From Utricularia gibba (Eukaryota; Plantae; Magnoliophyta): a DNA stretch of 64,000 nucleotides. Positions 30,892 to 44,502 of this stretch are shown piece by piece. A program made the position numbers and the translations under genes. A model generated the notes under the pieces. That model did not search any database. It was not told the DNA's origin and was given only the letters and a program-made list of their open reading frames with translations. The number at the start of each line of letters is the position of its first letter. The first letter of the stretch is position 1. The stretch covers positions 992,001-1,056,000 of the forward strand of contig CM007992.1 of assembly GCA_002189035.1 (NCBI GenBank). The letters run 5' to 3'.

Positions 30892-32976
30892 ATGGATTTA
30901 AATCATCAGATGGCATCGTCAGGATCTCACTACAGCAACCATTCCCCAATGCTACCTCCACGCCAGCAGTTTCGGCCTGTAGGTGTGGGACTCCAGAATT
31001 CAGTACCGTTTGCGACACCAGATGTGGCTGAATCACCGAATCTTCATGAACGTGGTTCAAATTCAGATAGACTTCATGACTCCCGATCAGAAAGTGCCAG
31101 CTCGCGAGAGACTTGGCCTACTGCTGATGGTTTGGAAGCTAAGAAACTTGAGAAACAAAAGGAGAGGGGGAATGGTTTTGCTGAGGATTCTGTTGTGAGA
31201 CATATTTCCTGCTCGGATAACATGTCACTTCAGGATGTAGCAAGGGAAAGGGTCGAAATCATAGCAGAGAGGATGCAAAACCTGCCGGATGAGTACCTTG
31301 AAAAGTTGAAGAATGAGCTTCGAGCTGTTCTTGAAGGCTTAGGTGGCAGTAATCAAAGAGGAGAAGAGTTTCTATTCCTACAAAATCTCGTAGTGAGCAG
31401 AAGTGACTTGACTGAGAAAACATTGCAAGCTGCACACAGGGTTCAGCTAGAGATATTAGTTGCAATAAAGACAGGAATTCGGGCATTCTTGCATCCAAGC
31501 GTTAGCCTTTCCCAAGCTTCAATTGTTGACATTTTGCTGTACAAGAGATGCAGGAACATAACCTGTTGTAATCCACTTCCGGTTGAGGACTGTTCCTGTC
31601 AATTGTGTGCAAAGAGAAACGGTTTCTGCAATCTCTGTATGTGTACAATTTGTAGCAAGTTTGATTCTGAGTTCAATACATGTCGCTGGATTGGATGTGA
31701 CATCTGCTCTCACTGGACTCACATAGATTGTGCAATTCAGAATAGGCTGATTGGTATGGGTTCGTGTGTTAAGAATGGGGTCAGCTCATCAGAGTTGCTT
31801 TTCAGATGTCGTGCTTGCAATAGGACATCTGAATTATTAGGTTGGGTCAAGGATATCTTTCAGCATTGTGCCCCAAGTTGGGATAGGGATGCATTAACAA
31901 GAGAACTGGACTATGTGAGCAGAATTTTCCGTGGCAGTGAAGATTCTAAAGGCCAAAAGCTCTTTCGAAAGTGTGAGGAACTCATTGAGAAACTGAAAAG
32001 TGGTGTTGCGGAAGCTGTTCCTTTGAAGGAAATCTTAATATTCTTCCATGGTAAACGTTCTTGACTTCTCATAGTTGCACTTTTTTTTTTTCACTTTCTA
32101 GATAACGTATCCTGAATCTCAGTTGGTTGCTGGTTGTTTGCATGTATGAACTTCAAAATCTCAGGAAATACCCCCCCCCCCCCCATCTTTTATCAGTCCA
32201 CTACCACTTTAAGTTGTGGTTTCTATAGTTATAAGAATCAAGGGTGATAAAAAATGCCTACTCATCACTCACGTCTTTTTACTTTTTTTTTTTGTTTGCT
32301 TGGCAATGCTCACTACGCTGTTTTATAGTACTGATCCTTCTTGTAATCTAATATTTCCTTTATGATATGTCCTCTACACTTGGCTCTTAACACAGAACTG
32401 GAGGCAGATAACTTTATAAAGCTTGAGAATGGTGAAGCTGGAAAAATGATATCTCCACCCGAAGCATTTAACCGGATAGCCGATGTTGTTCAGGAAGCTG
32501 TGAACAAAATGGAAATCGCTGTGGAGGAGAAGATGCGGATGGTAAAAAAGGCGCGAGTAGCTGTGGAGGCATGTGAGCAAGAGCTCAGGGATAAAGCCAG
32601 AGAAGTTGCTGCCCTGAAGTTGGAGAAACAGAGAAAGAAGATACAGGTAGAAGAGCTCGACAGCATCGTGAGACTTAAGCAAGCCGAAGCTGATATGTTT
32701 GAGCTCAAGGCAAATGAAGCACGGCGAGAGGCTGAGAGGTTGCAGCGAATAGTCCTTGCAAAAAGTGAAAAGATGGAAGAAGACTACACCAGCAGGTATC
32801 TAAAGCAAAGGCTACAGGAGGCTGAAGCTGAGAAGCAATACCTATTCGAAAAACTCAAGCTTCAGGAGACTTCAAGGACATCTCAGGGAAATGGAGAAGC
32901 CAGTGATCCATATAGCAAAATCCAGGACCTGCTAAAGAACATGTATGATTCAACACTACCAAAACCAGATGCATGA
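30892..32976 (+). CDS. OBE1/OBE2-like: OBERON1/2-like PHD-finger and coiled-coil protein (PVIP family), 2 coding exons, about 579 aa
   Basis: Exons 30892-32050 and 32396-32976, with a 5'UTR intron (about 30489-30881). MLPPRQQ, SASSRETWP, PHD (GFCNLCMCTICSKFD..CDICSHWTHIDCAI) and C-terminal RLKQAEADMFELKANEARREAERL present. Confidence 0.93.
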
Positions 32977-33587
32977 TCTACAGATCTTCAATCTCTGGTA
33001 TGCTTACTTAAACTGTTGTTTTCTTCCTGTAAAAGTTGTGACTTGCAAATGAACTGAGGCTGCAGCATCAGTTCTTTCTCTGTGCTCACTTTCCTCTCGT
33101 TGCTTCTGTATTTCTCATTCATGGGGCTGTAAGAAAAACCACTGTCGACCTAATGTACTCTGGTGTAGAGATGATCAGTTTATTTACTCATATGTTATGC
33201 TGCATTGCCTCATGCTGTCAGACAATAAAAAGGAAAAGTGAAGTCCAAAGAAGGGTCATGACTTTATGCTTCCTCAAGTTTTAAGGTGACGGTGATGCCC
33301 TCCAATCACCTCGCCTCATCCACAGGGAACAAGCAACAATTTCAACATTTTTTAACAAGTAATAAACAACAGACACTCAGATCACTTATCCTTTTCTAGA
33401 GTTATAACCGTTTGTTGCCATTCTTCTTTGCTTTCCCTCTTATTCCCTTTTGTTTCCATTATGGAAAAGGAAAAGGGTTTTCAAAAAATGGTAACTTGTT
33501 AAACCCCATTGATTCATATCTTCCAAAGGCCGCACTTACCGCCTTCACTTTCGGCATTCACACTTCATCGGCAGCGACAGAGGAACC

Positions 33588-34682
33588 ATGGCCGCCAAGA
33601 CGCCGATCCTCTTCATCTTCTTGCTCCTCGTTCTCCAGACTTCTCGTAAGTTCTCCATAAAACAACGAAAACGGATTTCAATATGATGTAACCGATCTCT
33701 GGTATCATCATGCTTTTGATCACCATGCTGAATGCTTTTCTTCTGTGATTCGTGTGTCTGTCGAATGCCAATCTCCCTGTTTCTCATGATTTCCAATCCT
33801 TACATCCTTTCTTGGTGTTTTTTTTAATGATTACCAGTCACAAAAACACGATTTTGCTTCACGGTGTCACGCAAGAACATTCAAAAACTTCCACATACTC
33901 ATCTTAACCAGCAAGTTGTTCCAAAAGCATCGTAGTGGTTAGATCATAGTGGGCCTTTTCGGTTGAATCCTCATTCTTCTTGAATTCCTCGATGTTTTTT
34001 TTCCTTTTTTTGCATAAGAATTATTGCTGTAGTTGTGGATTGAAAAGCACTAGCCTTTGATTGTAATAGCCCCTTAGGCGTAGTAGCTTCATGATGCATG
34101 ATAGGCGCCGGCTGCTGTAACGAACAGATCAGTTGAATTGCTAGTGAGTAGGCAGGCAACTGTCCAACAATAAGGGCCTGGGAGTGTTCACTTCCTGTGC
34201 TCATGTTTGCTTTTTACTTTTTTTTATTCAAAACCAGTCACCAGACAGACACCTGCAGCTGGTTCAATGGACACACTTGCTGATATGCATGTATGTGTGT
34301 ATCTTTGTAGATGGGCAGTTCCAGGACTACTGCATTGCGGATGAGCAGATGCCGGAGAATCAGCTTGCGGCGGCGCTGAGCTGGGCGTGCGGCAACGGCG
34401 CGGACTGCCGAGCCATCCAACCGGGGCAGCCGTGCTTCTCACCGGACACGGTGAAGGATCACGCCTCGTATGCCTTCAACAGTTACTACCAGCGGATGAA
34501 GCACCAGGGAGGGAGCTGCTACTTCCTTGCCGCCGCCATCTTAACTGGCCTTGACCCGAGTAAGAGCTTAGCAACCCTTCTGCAGCCTGAACAACTCCTG
34601 CACACGAAATCCAACCATATAAAAATCGAGTCTTTGTCGAATTTCAGGTCATGGTGCGTGCAAGTTCGAGAATCTTCCATGA
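33588..34682 (+). CDS. Secreted X8 (CBM43)-only protein, Ole e 10/PDCB-like without GPI tail, about 113 aa
   Basis: Exons 33588-33645, 34311-34559 and 34648-34682. Signal peptide, then YCIAD..LSWACGNGADCRAIQPGQPCFSPDTVKDHASYAFNSYYQ..GSCYF..DPSHGACKF*. Confidence 0.88.
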
Positions 34683-35426
34683 TGAGATCGAAGCTTGCGT
34701 TTCTTCCTGGAAGAAACTGCAGCCACGTTCGAGTATCCGCCGGGTTCTTACCACAGAGCCAACAATGTCCATGTTTTTTATCAGAAGAGTTGAATAAATA
34801 TAATCCATCATAAATGCTGACCGCTGCTTGTTAGAAAAATGGTTTTTTCCGGTCGTACTGGCAGTGGCGAGGGTGACCCGGTCCGGCTATCTGCACGTCG
34901 CCGGAAGCCACGTAGGCTCCTTCCTTCAAGTCCCACGTTAGTGCCACCCCATGTCTGTCGCTTGCCCGGTCAACCCTCACAGTCATTTCGAGAAATGGCG
35001 TCATCACACACTAACGGTGATTTGGGTTCAGTTCAACCAACGCGGTGGCGCTGGTTCCATCGCTACTCCGGTGACGCCGGCCGGCGGCGATTCGATTCAA
35101 CTACGTTGGACTGTAACGGACTTTACTACGTTCGACAGAAGGCAATCAAAGGAAGAGCAAGTGCCAATGCAGTAACTTTCACAAAAATCCAAATCTGGTA
35201 CATGGGCAAAATTGATCCCAAAGCGAACAGCTTTATTGATTTTTGACATCTTTTACCTAAAAGCTGAGGAATGTAGTTCGGTGAATGGGGGAATGCATTA
35301 AATTACTCTTTCTCCATTACATCTACCCCATTACTCTCCTCTCCGCCCCGAGCTCCTATTTCCCCCCACTGTATTCTATTCATCTTTCGGTGGGTTCCCG
35401 GAATTCTCTCCTCATTTCGTGCGAAA

Positions 35427-36313
35427 ATGAGGTATCTTGGTGTGGGTGTGAGCCCCGGAGATGTTCCCGTTTCCGATGGAAGCAATTTGAGGGCAACCGA
35501 TCGAAGAGTGAAGCTCGCGGAGCTCGCCTTGAGATGTGTAATCTGCGGTCTCTCTGTTCTCGCCACCGCCCTTATAACAGCTGATACAGAGGTGAAGGAA
35601 ATCTTTTCAATCAAAAAATGGGCACGCTTTACAGACCTCAAAGTCATGGTGTAAGAGAAGAGTTTCCAAACCCCATGAAGTTTTTTTTTTTTTACACCGA
35701 TTTACTCTCTGGGTTCACCTTTGTTGTGCTTAAATTTGCTCTAGTTTCTTGGTGACTGCAAATGGGATAGCTGCCGTTTATTCTCTGCTGCAATTAGTAA
35801 GGTGTCTTGTGAGCTTCATGAATGGGAGTGTGCTTTTCAGCAAACCTTTGGCTTGGGCCATTTTTTCTGGGGATCAGGTAATGAAATCCTGTATCATTTC
35901 CTCCGTTTGAGGGTATTGTTGATATGAACAATCCTTGTTAACTTCAGACATATCCTCCTAGATTTGGGAATTGTTCTCTGCATTTAGGTGGATCTTGTTC
36001 TTGCTTCTGTTAGAAAGATCAGATCATTCCATTCCATTCCTACATAACATATGTATTGGATCACTGGTGGCAGATAATGGCGTACCTGATGTTCTCCGCG
36101 GTGGCGGCGTCGGCACAAGCGGCGGTGTTTGCAGAGTTCGGGGAGCCGGAGATGCAGTGGATGAAGACATGCTTCATGTTCAAGAAGTTCTGCAACCAAA
36201 TGGGAGCCGGGGTGTCCAGCGATGTACTCGTGTGCCTTTCCATGGTGCTGCTGTCCGGGATGTCCGCCTTCAGCCTCTTCCGGCTGTACGACCACACTGG
36301 CGACAAGTGGTGA
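35427..36313 (+). CDS. CASPL2B: CASP-like protein 2B, 3 exons, about 198 aa
   Basis: Exons 35427-35650, 35745-35877 and 36074-36313. [43 protein letters not shown] and [16 protein letters not shown] present. Confidence 0.92.
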
Positions 36314-38000
36314 CGCCGGACCGACATCGTTCAAGGCCTGTAAATGGATCCCGTCTCTGCTATCTTCTTCCACGCACTCATCTTTTGTCTCTGTATTTCA
36401 AGTAGTTCAATGTATGCAGATCCTCCTCAAAACCATCCCGTTTTCAGGCAAATGGATTTCCATCACCATTAAAGAAGATGGTCATTTTTATCACACATTT
36501 AAAATATTTCATTTTATAGTATGATTTTGAAGAATAGTTTTTTTTTTTGTATAGTTTTAAAAAAATGATTACTTTCATAGTTTTATTTTGATTGTATGTG
36601 TGGCACAAGGCTATAAATGATTCTTTTTTTTTAAATGAGACATTAAATTTATATATTCACTCAAGACACACACTTTAAAATGATGTATACAAAGGTGGAA
36701 TAATTTAACTAATAATGTATTTGAATTAGTTGTTATTAAATAAATATATATGTTACATAGGTATAATTGAAAATGTGTCTGTCAGATAGATTTTATGAAT
36801 GTATCTTTCAAAATCATGAATTTAGTATAAGAAATAGATTCAATTTTATCCAAATCTATTATTAAAAATAATGAATAATTTTTATTTTAAAGTATTTTAT
36901 CATAGAATTAAAATGATTGAATTCAATTCAATTCATTATAAAAGAAGAATCACATCTAATTTCACAATTAAATCACATAATGAATTTGATCAAATATGCA
37001 TGTTTTTCAATAAACAAGGCTATCATAGAAATTAATAGGGAGTTGGGGATTAGGATGGTTGGGAAGGTGATGAGCATAAATTGATTAAATTGTGTTTCAA
37101 TAAACAAGCCTATCAAAATCAATTTCTAGGAATGATAGCCATGGTTGGATGCATGAGATTGTACCATGTAGAGGAGGGGTCCAAGGAGATGATGTTATGT
37201 AGCAATTAATTCTCTTAAGATCAATTTACTAATGATGCAGTTGAGAATCTCATGATGCTGATTCCAATAGAATGGAGTGCCACCATCAAACAACCACCTA
37301 ACCTTCTATTGGGTCCACTATAATTCTTGAAATTTTGTAAAATGTGCCACTTTTGTTTCAAAATTTATCAAGATTGTTTTTTTTTGTATTTCAAAAGAAA
37401 TGCTTTTTGTTTTTTACTACAAACATAACTTGAAACTCATTGTATATGATCATTTTAAAAAAACTCCAATGGCAGGCCTTAATAAGAAAATAATAATTAT
37501 TTAAGAATTTAGAGTTGAGGTGAAAGAATGTTTTGAAGAATTAAAATCAAAGTGTTTCAAATTTCTGTTTTTTGAACCATTTCTTATATCTTTACACTCA
37601 AAGTTTATTAAAATTTTGATGGTTTGGTTTAAACTCACCTTATGTCAAATGTGTTTAACTGAAGTTAATGCATAAACATATTGAAATGCTATATAAATAA
37701 AAATATATTATTAAAATAAAATTTATTGAAGTAAAATTTATATATTTATATTAATGCTCTCATAATATTACAAATTTTTTTATTTATAAAATAGTTATTT
37801 TTGTATAAATACATTTGAGTTAATGGGTTCGTGGTCTGGATTTGTAAATTCAAATTAAAGTTAAAAAATGGACATGTTTTGTGAATTCGAACACAAATCA
37901 TTTTCAAATAATTAAATTCAAAATCAATCTCCTCAATCCCTTCCCAACTTTAGATTCAATTCCAAATTGGCATCAGGCCCTTGCCTTGCTGGTTCAGTTA

Positions 38001-38015
38001 TGGGCCTGTTGGGCC
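38001..38015 (+). promoter_or_regulatory. Paired site II (TGGGCC) elements upstream of the CRM-domain gene
   Basis: TGGGCC at 38001-38006 and 38010-38015, about 125 nt upstream of the ATG. Motif match only. Confidence 0.4.
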
Positions 38016-38137
38016 TGCCGAGATATAAACCAGGATCAAAACCTGAAGAAACATGAAAATAATAATAATAATAATAATTTTTTCCCTGGAATCATCTCGG
38101 GGTGCGCTTATCTTCTGCCGCTCGTGGCCACGGGAGA

Positions 38138-38920
38138 ATGGCAACGGCGGCGGTATCCTCACTCCCGTATGTGGTATTGCGGCGTTGCATCCGCCCTACT
38201 CTTGTCTCCTCCCTCAAGACGACGCCGTTTCCGTTTCCGTTTCTCTCCTCGGCCGGAGGGCTGCCTCCGACTGTGAGCTCTACGCATCGGAAGTTTGCAT
38301 CTCTACTGGTCGTCAATGAACTGGAATCAACCACGGTGCGGAATCAGAATGCGGCGTCTCCCCCGCCGTGCCTGAGTGTAAAGGAGAAGAAAGACCTCGC
38401 CTCGTACGCCCACAGCTTGGGGAAAGACCTAAAATCGCAGCAAATTGGGAAATTAGGCGTCACCGATACCGTCATTGGGGCTCTGATCGAAACCCTAGAA
38501 AAGAATGAGCTCCTCAAGGTGATCCATGCACTCTTCTCATGTTGCTTTCCCCTTTTCTGTTACCCCAAACCACTCTTCTTCTTCTACAGCTGAAGATTCA
38601 CGATACGTGTCCCGGGGAACTGGATGATGTGGTGCAACAGTTAGAAGAAACAACTGGGTCAGTTGTAGTTGGTCGGATTGGGAGAACTGTGATCCTCTAC
38701 AGGCCCAGCCTAACGAAACTCAAAGCAGAGGAAGAGAAAAGGAGACGGGCTCAAAGGACTAGGCCACGATCCATGCAGGTTCAAGAATGATTCTTTAACT
38801 TAGACGATGTCTAACAACAAGCTTTTCTCAAGTGTGTTGGCATTTGAATTGCAGACTAGAGGAGGAGGCGCTTCAGGATTGGTGCAAGGAAGGGAGCCAA
38901 GAAAACCTGGTAGGTTTTGA
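38138..38920 (+). CDS. Single CRM (CRS1/YhbY) domain organellar RNA-binding protein, CFM4-like, about 211 aa
   Basis: Exons 38138-38518, 38590-38778 and 38855-38920. Transit-peptide-like N-terminus; LSVKEKKDLASYAHSLG..QIGKLGVT..LEKNELLKLKI..VVGRIGRTVILYRPS. Confidence 0.88.
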
Positions 38921-39156
38921 GTTGTATTCCACTTGCATGTCTACGATTTGTGGAGGTTTATCATATGGTATTGGCCACCGAATTTTGAGGAAAACACTGT
39001 GATGAATATATGAGAATCAACAATAGTTAACTGCGTATGTACAGAACAACCAAACTCGTTGGTGTGTGAAAGTAGTGAGCTTGAACTGCATACCAGGGTG
39101 TACTGATGGGATGAAGATGGCTGTTTTTCTGCCTCTAGATTTGGAGTGTTTGTGAG

Positions 39157-41989
39157 CTAGACGGATTTCAGGTTCCCAAGTTCACGGCGGGTCACATCAT
39201 CTGAATAAAGCAACCCATCTGGTAGAGTGAGCCGGCGAAGCGCAATTGAGAACCGAGTCTGAGAAGAGAATCAGGTTACGGTAAGTTGTAGGCTCAATCA
39301 ACATTACCAAGAAAAAGAAGACTACAAAAACATTACCCATTGGAAAGCCACGAGGCTGAACCAACATCCTGCTAAGCTGTACCCTGAGTTGGTTAGAAGC
39401 TGCGATTTCAGAGGACAAGTGTTTGATTAGAATCAGAGAAGCCAAGGCATCGCTATAGTTGTTAAAGAATGGGGAATTGATAATGAAGAGCCCATACTAG
39501 AAGGAGAAGGGTGCCCATGACGAAGATCCCGCTCATTGATAAGCTAATGAACCTCAACTCTCGACCGGCCTGCGTAGAAGACATCATGCGTCGTTTTCTG
39601 TGGTATTTGAATTTTCATTTAATGGAGCAACAAGGCAGTGAACGTACCAACAATGTGCCCTCGAGGCTGTGAGTGCTTGGGGTGATGCAGAGTGCAAGGA
39701 AGAAGGGTACCAAAACTTTATGCATCTGGCCAAAGCAAATATCAACTTTCAATGAAAACATAGCAGGGTGCAACGAGTTTTTAATCGAAATGACAAGGCT
39801 GGTGGAAGAGCTAACCTCAGTAATGACCTCTCGATCAGGGGAAAACATACCAGGGAGCAACCAAGGAACTGACGTTCCAATGGATCCTAATATCAATCCA
39901 CTTAGAGCACCGATAATGACGAGTGACTTCAACAGTGTTCGAGCCTGAATTTCCATTGATTCAATTCAAGAGTAAATTTTGAGAGCTGGGCGATAACCTT
40001 TATTGAAGAAAAAGGAAAGCGCATAAAAACCTTGGCTAAATTGCGATGAACTCCAAATAGCAACTCAGGCATAAAAGATTGGGCTGTTTGTGAAAGGGGT
40101 TCGCCGAAGACCGCACACATGGTATACAATTGTAACATGACCTAAAGAAAGAGAGGAATCATTAACTTCTTGACGAGATCAACATTATTTGACATTAAAG
40201 AAATAAAAAGATTTCAAAGACAAGAATTTTGACTATGCACCTGATGAGCTGCAAGAACGTTGGTTCCCATTGACGTAGCGTAGAACACAAGTAGCGCATA
40301 GAAAGCTACCTAAAATTACAAGTGTTCATGTAACTGTGCCCTAAAGATGAGAATAGCAGTGAAAATGATGACTGAATTGCAAACCTTTGACATCATAGTC
40401 ACAAAAACTGGAGCAGCAAGCATGACAACTTGTAGAAGTTCATTGAATGATGGAATAGAAATCGCATAGCCATTATAGCCTTTTTTGTTCAGAGCATCAA
40501 TCATCATATAAGCTGCAACAACCTAAAGCTAGAATTTGTCATTGATGACATCAAATGTGGGGAGTAATAAGATACAGCACATATCATAATCCATGTTAAT
40601 AGAAACTATGTGCTCTTTTGGTTAGTTGCATTCACGCTCTTCTTATGGAAATATCAACAAATTCATAGAGATGCAAGCACACCTGAGAAACCATCGTTGC
40701 CCATGCTGCTCCAACAATACCATATCCCATGAATCTACATAATACTATGTCCCCAGTGCCATTAACAGCACTAGCAATCAACAATGCCTTTAAGGGCCCC
40801 CATGATTCTTTCATTCCCAAGCTGCATATACAGAAACCAAAAACAACCTCAGCATCCGATCGATCATCCAATAAACAAGAGGACCAGAAATCAAGTGAAA
40901 TAAAAACCTTGCACTCTGAGCAACCCATCCAATTAATACAGCCGGCCATGCCAGGCCTCGAATCTGGTAGAAAGATATAGTAATCCAATCAGCCAAAATG
41001 CAAAACATCTACAGCACATATTCCCTCCCATATATGAATGCCATTAACTAAACATGAAATGCTACATGAATACAGGTACAGGAAAATGAACCTGAACATA
41101 TGAATTTGCCGCAGTCACGATTTCTGGATGATTTGCTCCCGTGAAAGCTGCAAAACAGAACTTGAAGGTTGATTAGCTTCATATTTGCATCTCAGCAGCA
41201 ACATATAAAAAAATGGATAGCTTTTTCCTCCGTACCAGCCAACGCCCAAGGACCACATAACCTCGTAAACAGAAGCATCAAGAAACCAGACGTCATTCCG
41301 ATAAACAGCAAGATAGATATCTGATGCTGAACCTCATCTTTACCCTGAGCACTCAATCTAAGAAACATGAATCGATACTGGATCGACACTACATCAACAT
41401 TGACAACGTAATGCTACAAACCTTGGTAGCAAGCGATGTGGCAACCAGATTGGAGGTTGCAATAGACAGAAACATGAAAACATAGCTAGTGTAATCACAG
41501 AAAACTGTCCCTGGGCCTGCAAAATAGTTCAATGTTTGATCAAAATTACTTCACAGTTCAAACGGTATCAATCAGGAAAGGAGCCGAAAAAAAATCACAA
41601 CCTAAAGCTGCAAGCTCAACCGAACTGCCTTGACCGACAACCGCAGTATCGATTAAACTCATCAATGGACCACAAAGCCAAAGGCCAACTGCTGGTCCAG
41701 AAAATTTAGCAATTTCCAGCAACAGATTGTCGTTATCCGACAATTCTCCTGCTCTACTCTCATACGTATCTAACTCTTCCTCATTCGAAAATTGTTCGTC
41801 AACATAGTGAGCGTCATTCGTCCGAGAAATGCAATTAGAAACGAAAACCAGATTGCTCTTCAGCCTCACAACTGGAAGAGGCGGTTTCACTTGGACTAAA
41901 TTGGAACTCGGTTTCAATCTCCGAGTTGAAACATGTAAACAACGATGCCGAAAATGGTGAAGCTGCGGCTGCAGGCTCATTGACGCCAT
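39157..41989 (-). CDS. DTX46: Chloroplast MATE transporter DTX46/EDS5H-like, 14 exons, about 534 aa
   Basis: All 14 exons join in frame: 41989-41602, 41516-41422, 41344-41236, 41147-41092, 40963-40908, 40821-40683, 40522-40385, 40309-40241, 40141-40031, 39944-39816, 39725-39648, 39569-39498, 39399-39337 and 39258-39157. [27 protein letters not shown] present; [16 protein letters not shown] is closer to DTX46 than to EDS5 as I recall them. Confidence 0.9.
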
Positions 41990-42192
41990 TCTTCTCGAAG
42001 GAGGAAGGAGTCAAGAGTGCAGGCGCCAAATGCTGAGGAATGAACAAAACTGCCGTGAGGACGAAAGTGAGACCGCACCACACACAGCAATTTGTAAGGA
42101 GTAAACGATTTCGTACACACAAAACTCTTATATTTTTCTTTTTTTAATGTTAATAAGTAATTTATATTTTGCGTTAGACTTCAATTTCGTCA

Positions 42193-42197
42193 GCGGG

Positions 42198-42240
<43 letters not shown>

Positions 42241-42265
42241 GCGTGTTCGATCCACGCTCACCGCA
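42193..42265 (+). tRNA. tRNA-Phe (GAA)
   Basis: GCGGGGATAGCTCAGTTGGGAGAGCGTCAGACTGAAGATCTGAAGGTCGCGTGTTCGATCCACGCTCACCGCA: canonical 73-nt plant cytosolic tRNA-Phe with A and B boxes, followed by a T-run terminator. Confidence 0.98.
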
Positions 42266-42731
42266 TTCTTTTTGTCCTTTTTTCAATTTGGAAAACTTTA
42301 AAAAAATGAACTGTTTTTATCCCCTTTTATATTCCTTTTTCGGATGCGTTTGCATTTCAAAAATTGATATGACAAAAAATACTATCTTTGCAGAAATTAT
42401 AATCAATATTTAAATGGAATCAAAGAAATTGAGAAAATAAAATATTCCCAATATAATAATTAAAAAATATTAAATTATCTCAATTCTTCCCTTCAATTTA
42501 ATTTCAAATATTTAAAATCTTCAAAATAAACAACATTTACCGACTAACAAATAACAAATGGGCTATGGAGCTGACCAAAGCTATTGGGTAGCACATGCTC
42601 AGTCACCTTCAGCTATACTAAAATCCACGTGTCATAATAATTACAGGCGCATGCTTAATTGAAAACCAGCGCTGTTCTGAGCAAACATTCAACGGGGAAG
42701 ACAACCCACCTCAACCGTCACGGCTTGTCCA

Positions 42732-44502
42732 CTAGAAGAAGTCGAACTCCAGATATCTCTCACCTTTCTGCTCCGTCCCGGCGGCGGATGGCGGCAGCAT
42801 CGCCGCGAAGCGCTCGTAGTCCACCGGCTTCGGAACATCCGGCGGCGTGGCGCAACGTATCAGCGCCCAATTCACGCCCTCGAAGAAGGGGTGCTGTTTG
42901 ATCTCCGTCGCACCTCGTTTGTACGCGAGGCGATGCTGAGGCTCCTTCACCAGCAGTCCCCGGATCAAATCTCTTGCGGCGAAGCTGACGACGGGGGATT
43001 CCGGGAAGCGGAGTGGCTGCCCTACGACGTTGAACAGAGTGGCTCTGTTTCCTGATCCTTTGAACGGAGTCTTGCCAAACAACAGCTCGAAGAGGAAGAT
43101 TCCGAACGTCCACCAGTCGACTGCGCTTCCGTGGCCTTCGCCTTTGATGATCTCCGGAGCGAGATACTCGTGCGTTCCGACAAAGGACATCGATCTGGCA
43201 TTGCTCGGTTCAGCTACGAGCTCCGGCAATGGGGTGACTTGGTTGCCCAGCTCGACCTTGGCTTTTCTTTCCTTTTTGGGCTTTTTGGAGAAGAGGCCGG
43301 ATGAGAAGCAGGTCGTCGGAGCTATACACGACGGCTCGATGCAGTCCGGCTGAGCACAGTACGTGGAGCTTTTCCTCTGGCCTTCAGACTCAGAGGACTG
43401 AGTTTTCACCAGAGTTGGGCTCACCGCGCAACGAAGGGACAGATCAAAGTCGGAGAGCATGATATGCCCGTCATCTCGAACAAGGATGTTCTCCGGCTTG
43501 AGATCACGGTACACAATTCCGAGCATATGCAGGTACTCAAGAGAAAGCAGCACTTCAGCAATGTAGAATCTGCAAAGAATCACCGTTCACGGCTACCCGA
43601 AGAAGAAGCTAGTTTTTTTTTTTTTAAGGTGCAGTTTCTTACCTCACAGCTTGTTCAGAGAAGCATTTCCCTGGTTGTCTCTGTCTGAGACTGTGCAGGT
43701 CTCCTCCAGGACAAAACTCCATCACCAAGCACGAGAACTTGTCGGTCTCGAAATGGGCGTAGAGCGTAGGAAGAAAGGGATGATCCAGTGACTGCAGTAT
43801 CTCCCGTTCAGTCTGTGCCCGGAGGAGCTTCTTGCGGCTGGCAAGCGAAGCTTTGTCCATAACTTTCATGGCGAAGTAGCACCCGGTTCCACTCAGTTCG
43901 GCGAGATAAACACTCCCAATATCCCCACATCCTAATCGTTTCAGCAGCTTAAAGTGGTTCAATCCCAAGACACGATCACGGCTCCGGATCCCTTGGATTG
44001 CTTCCCATCTCAGGTCGTTTGCTTTGTGAGGCTTGTAGACGCTGCTGCTGAAAATGCTGCAAGCACTTTCCTCACTGATATCGCTCCCGGAGCTCCCTCG
44101 GCATGTGCTGCCGAACTCAGCCGACTCCCCTAGTTTTGCATCTTCACCAGATTTGGGAGCAGTAAGATCACTAGCCTTCGGAGACGCTGCCTTTCCCTGA
44201 TCAACAGAAATCTCAATCGAGCTTCCGCCATCCGGCGCAACCACACTTACGGTTACCGGCTCCGGCTCCGATGCATCCCCAGATGGCGTATCAGGACTTT
44301 CCGGGTCAGCATGAGGTGGCTGTGGATCTGCATTTTCCGTTAGCATTCCGGCATTCACCATCACAGGTTCCCCTGATTCTGGAGGACTGGAAGATGTCTT
44401 CAGCTCATTAGACCTCAAAATCAGATGCCCAATTGAATGGTGGGAAACAACAGTAGTATGGTGCCGTTCCAGAGGCAATCTAATGGTTGTCTTTGAAGCC
44501 AT
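42732..44502 (-). CDS. D6PK-like: AGCVIII Ser/Thr kinase, D6PK family, 2 coding exons, about 565 aa
   Basis: Exons 44502-43643 and 43569-42732. [21 protein letters not shown] motif, Cys-rich/basic T-loop insert, [14 protein letters not shown] and C-terminal PIF YLEFDFF. The exact paralog cannot be assigned. Confidence 0.95.

Noticed and set aside
34929-34941. GTCCCACGTT resembling the snRNA USE element
   Set aside because: Only a partial match, with no correctly spaced TATA box or snRNA body downstream. More likely one of several ACGT boxes upstream of CASPL2B.
37000-37120. Repeated TTTCAATAAACAAG(G/C)CTATCA resembling Tourist-type right TIRs
   Set aside because: No matching left TIR or TSD was found, so no element could be delimited.
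37141-37265. miR172-like 20-mer AGAATCTCATGATGCTGATT (37244-37263) with a 9-bp complementary arm at 37152-37160
   Set aside because: It has an indel and 3' mismatches relative to miR172, and the pairing is too short for a precursor. The ATGAGATT/AATCTCAT motifs and nearby CATCAAACAACC look more like a decayed MITE.
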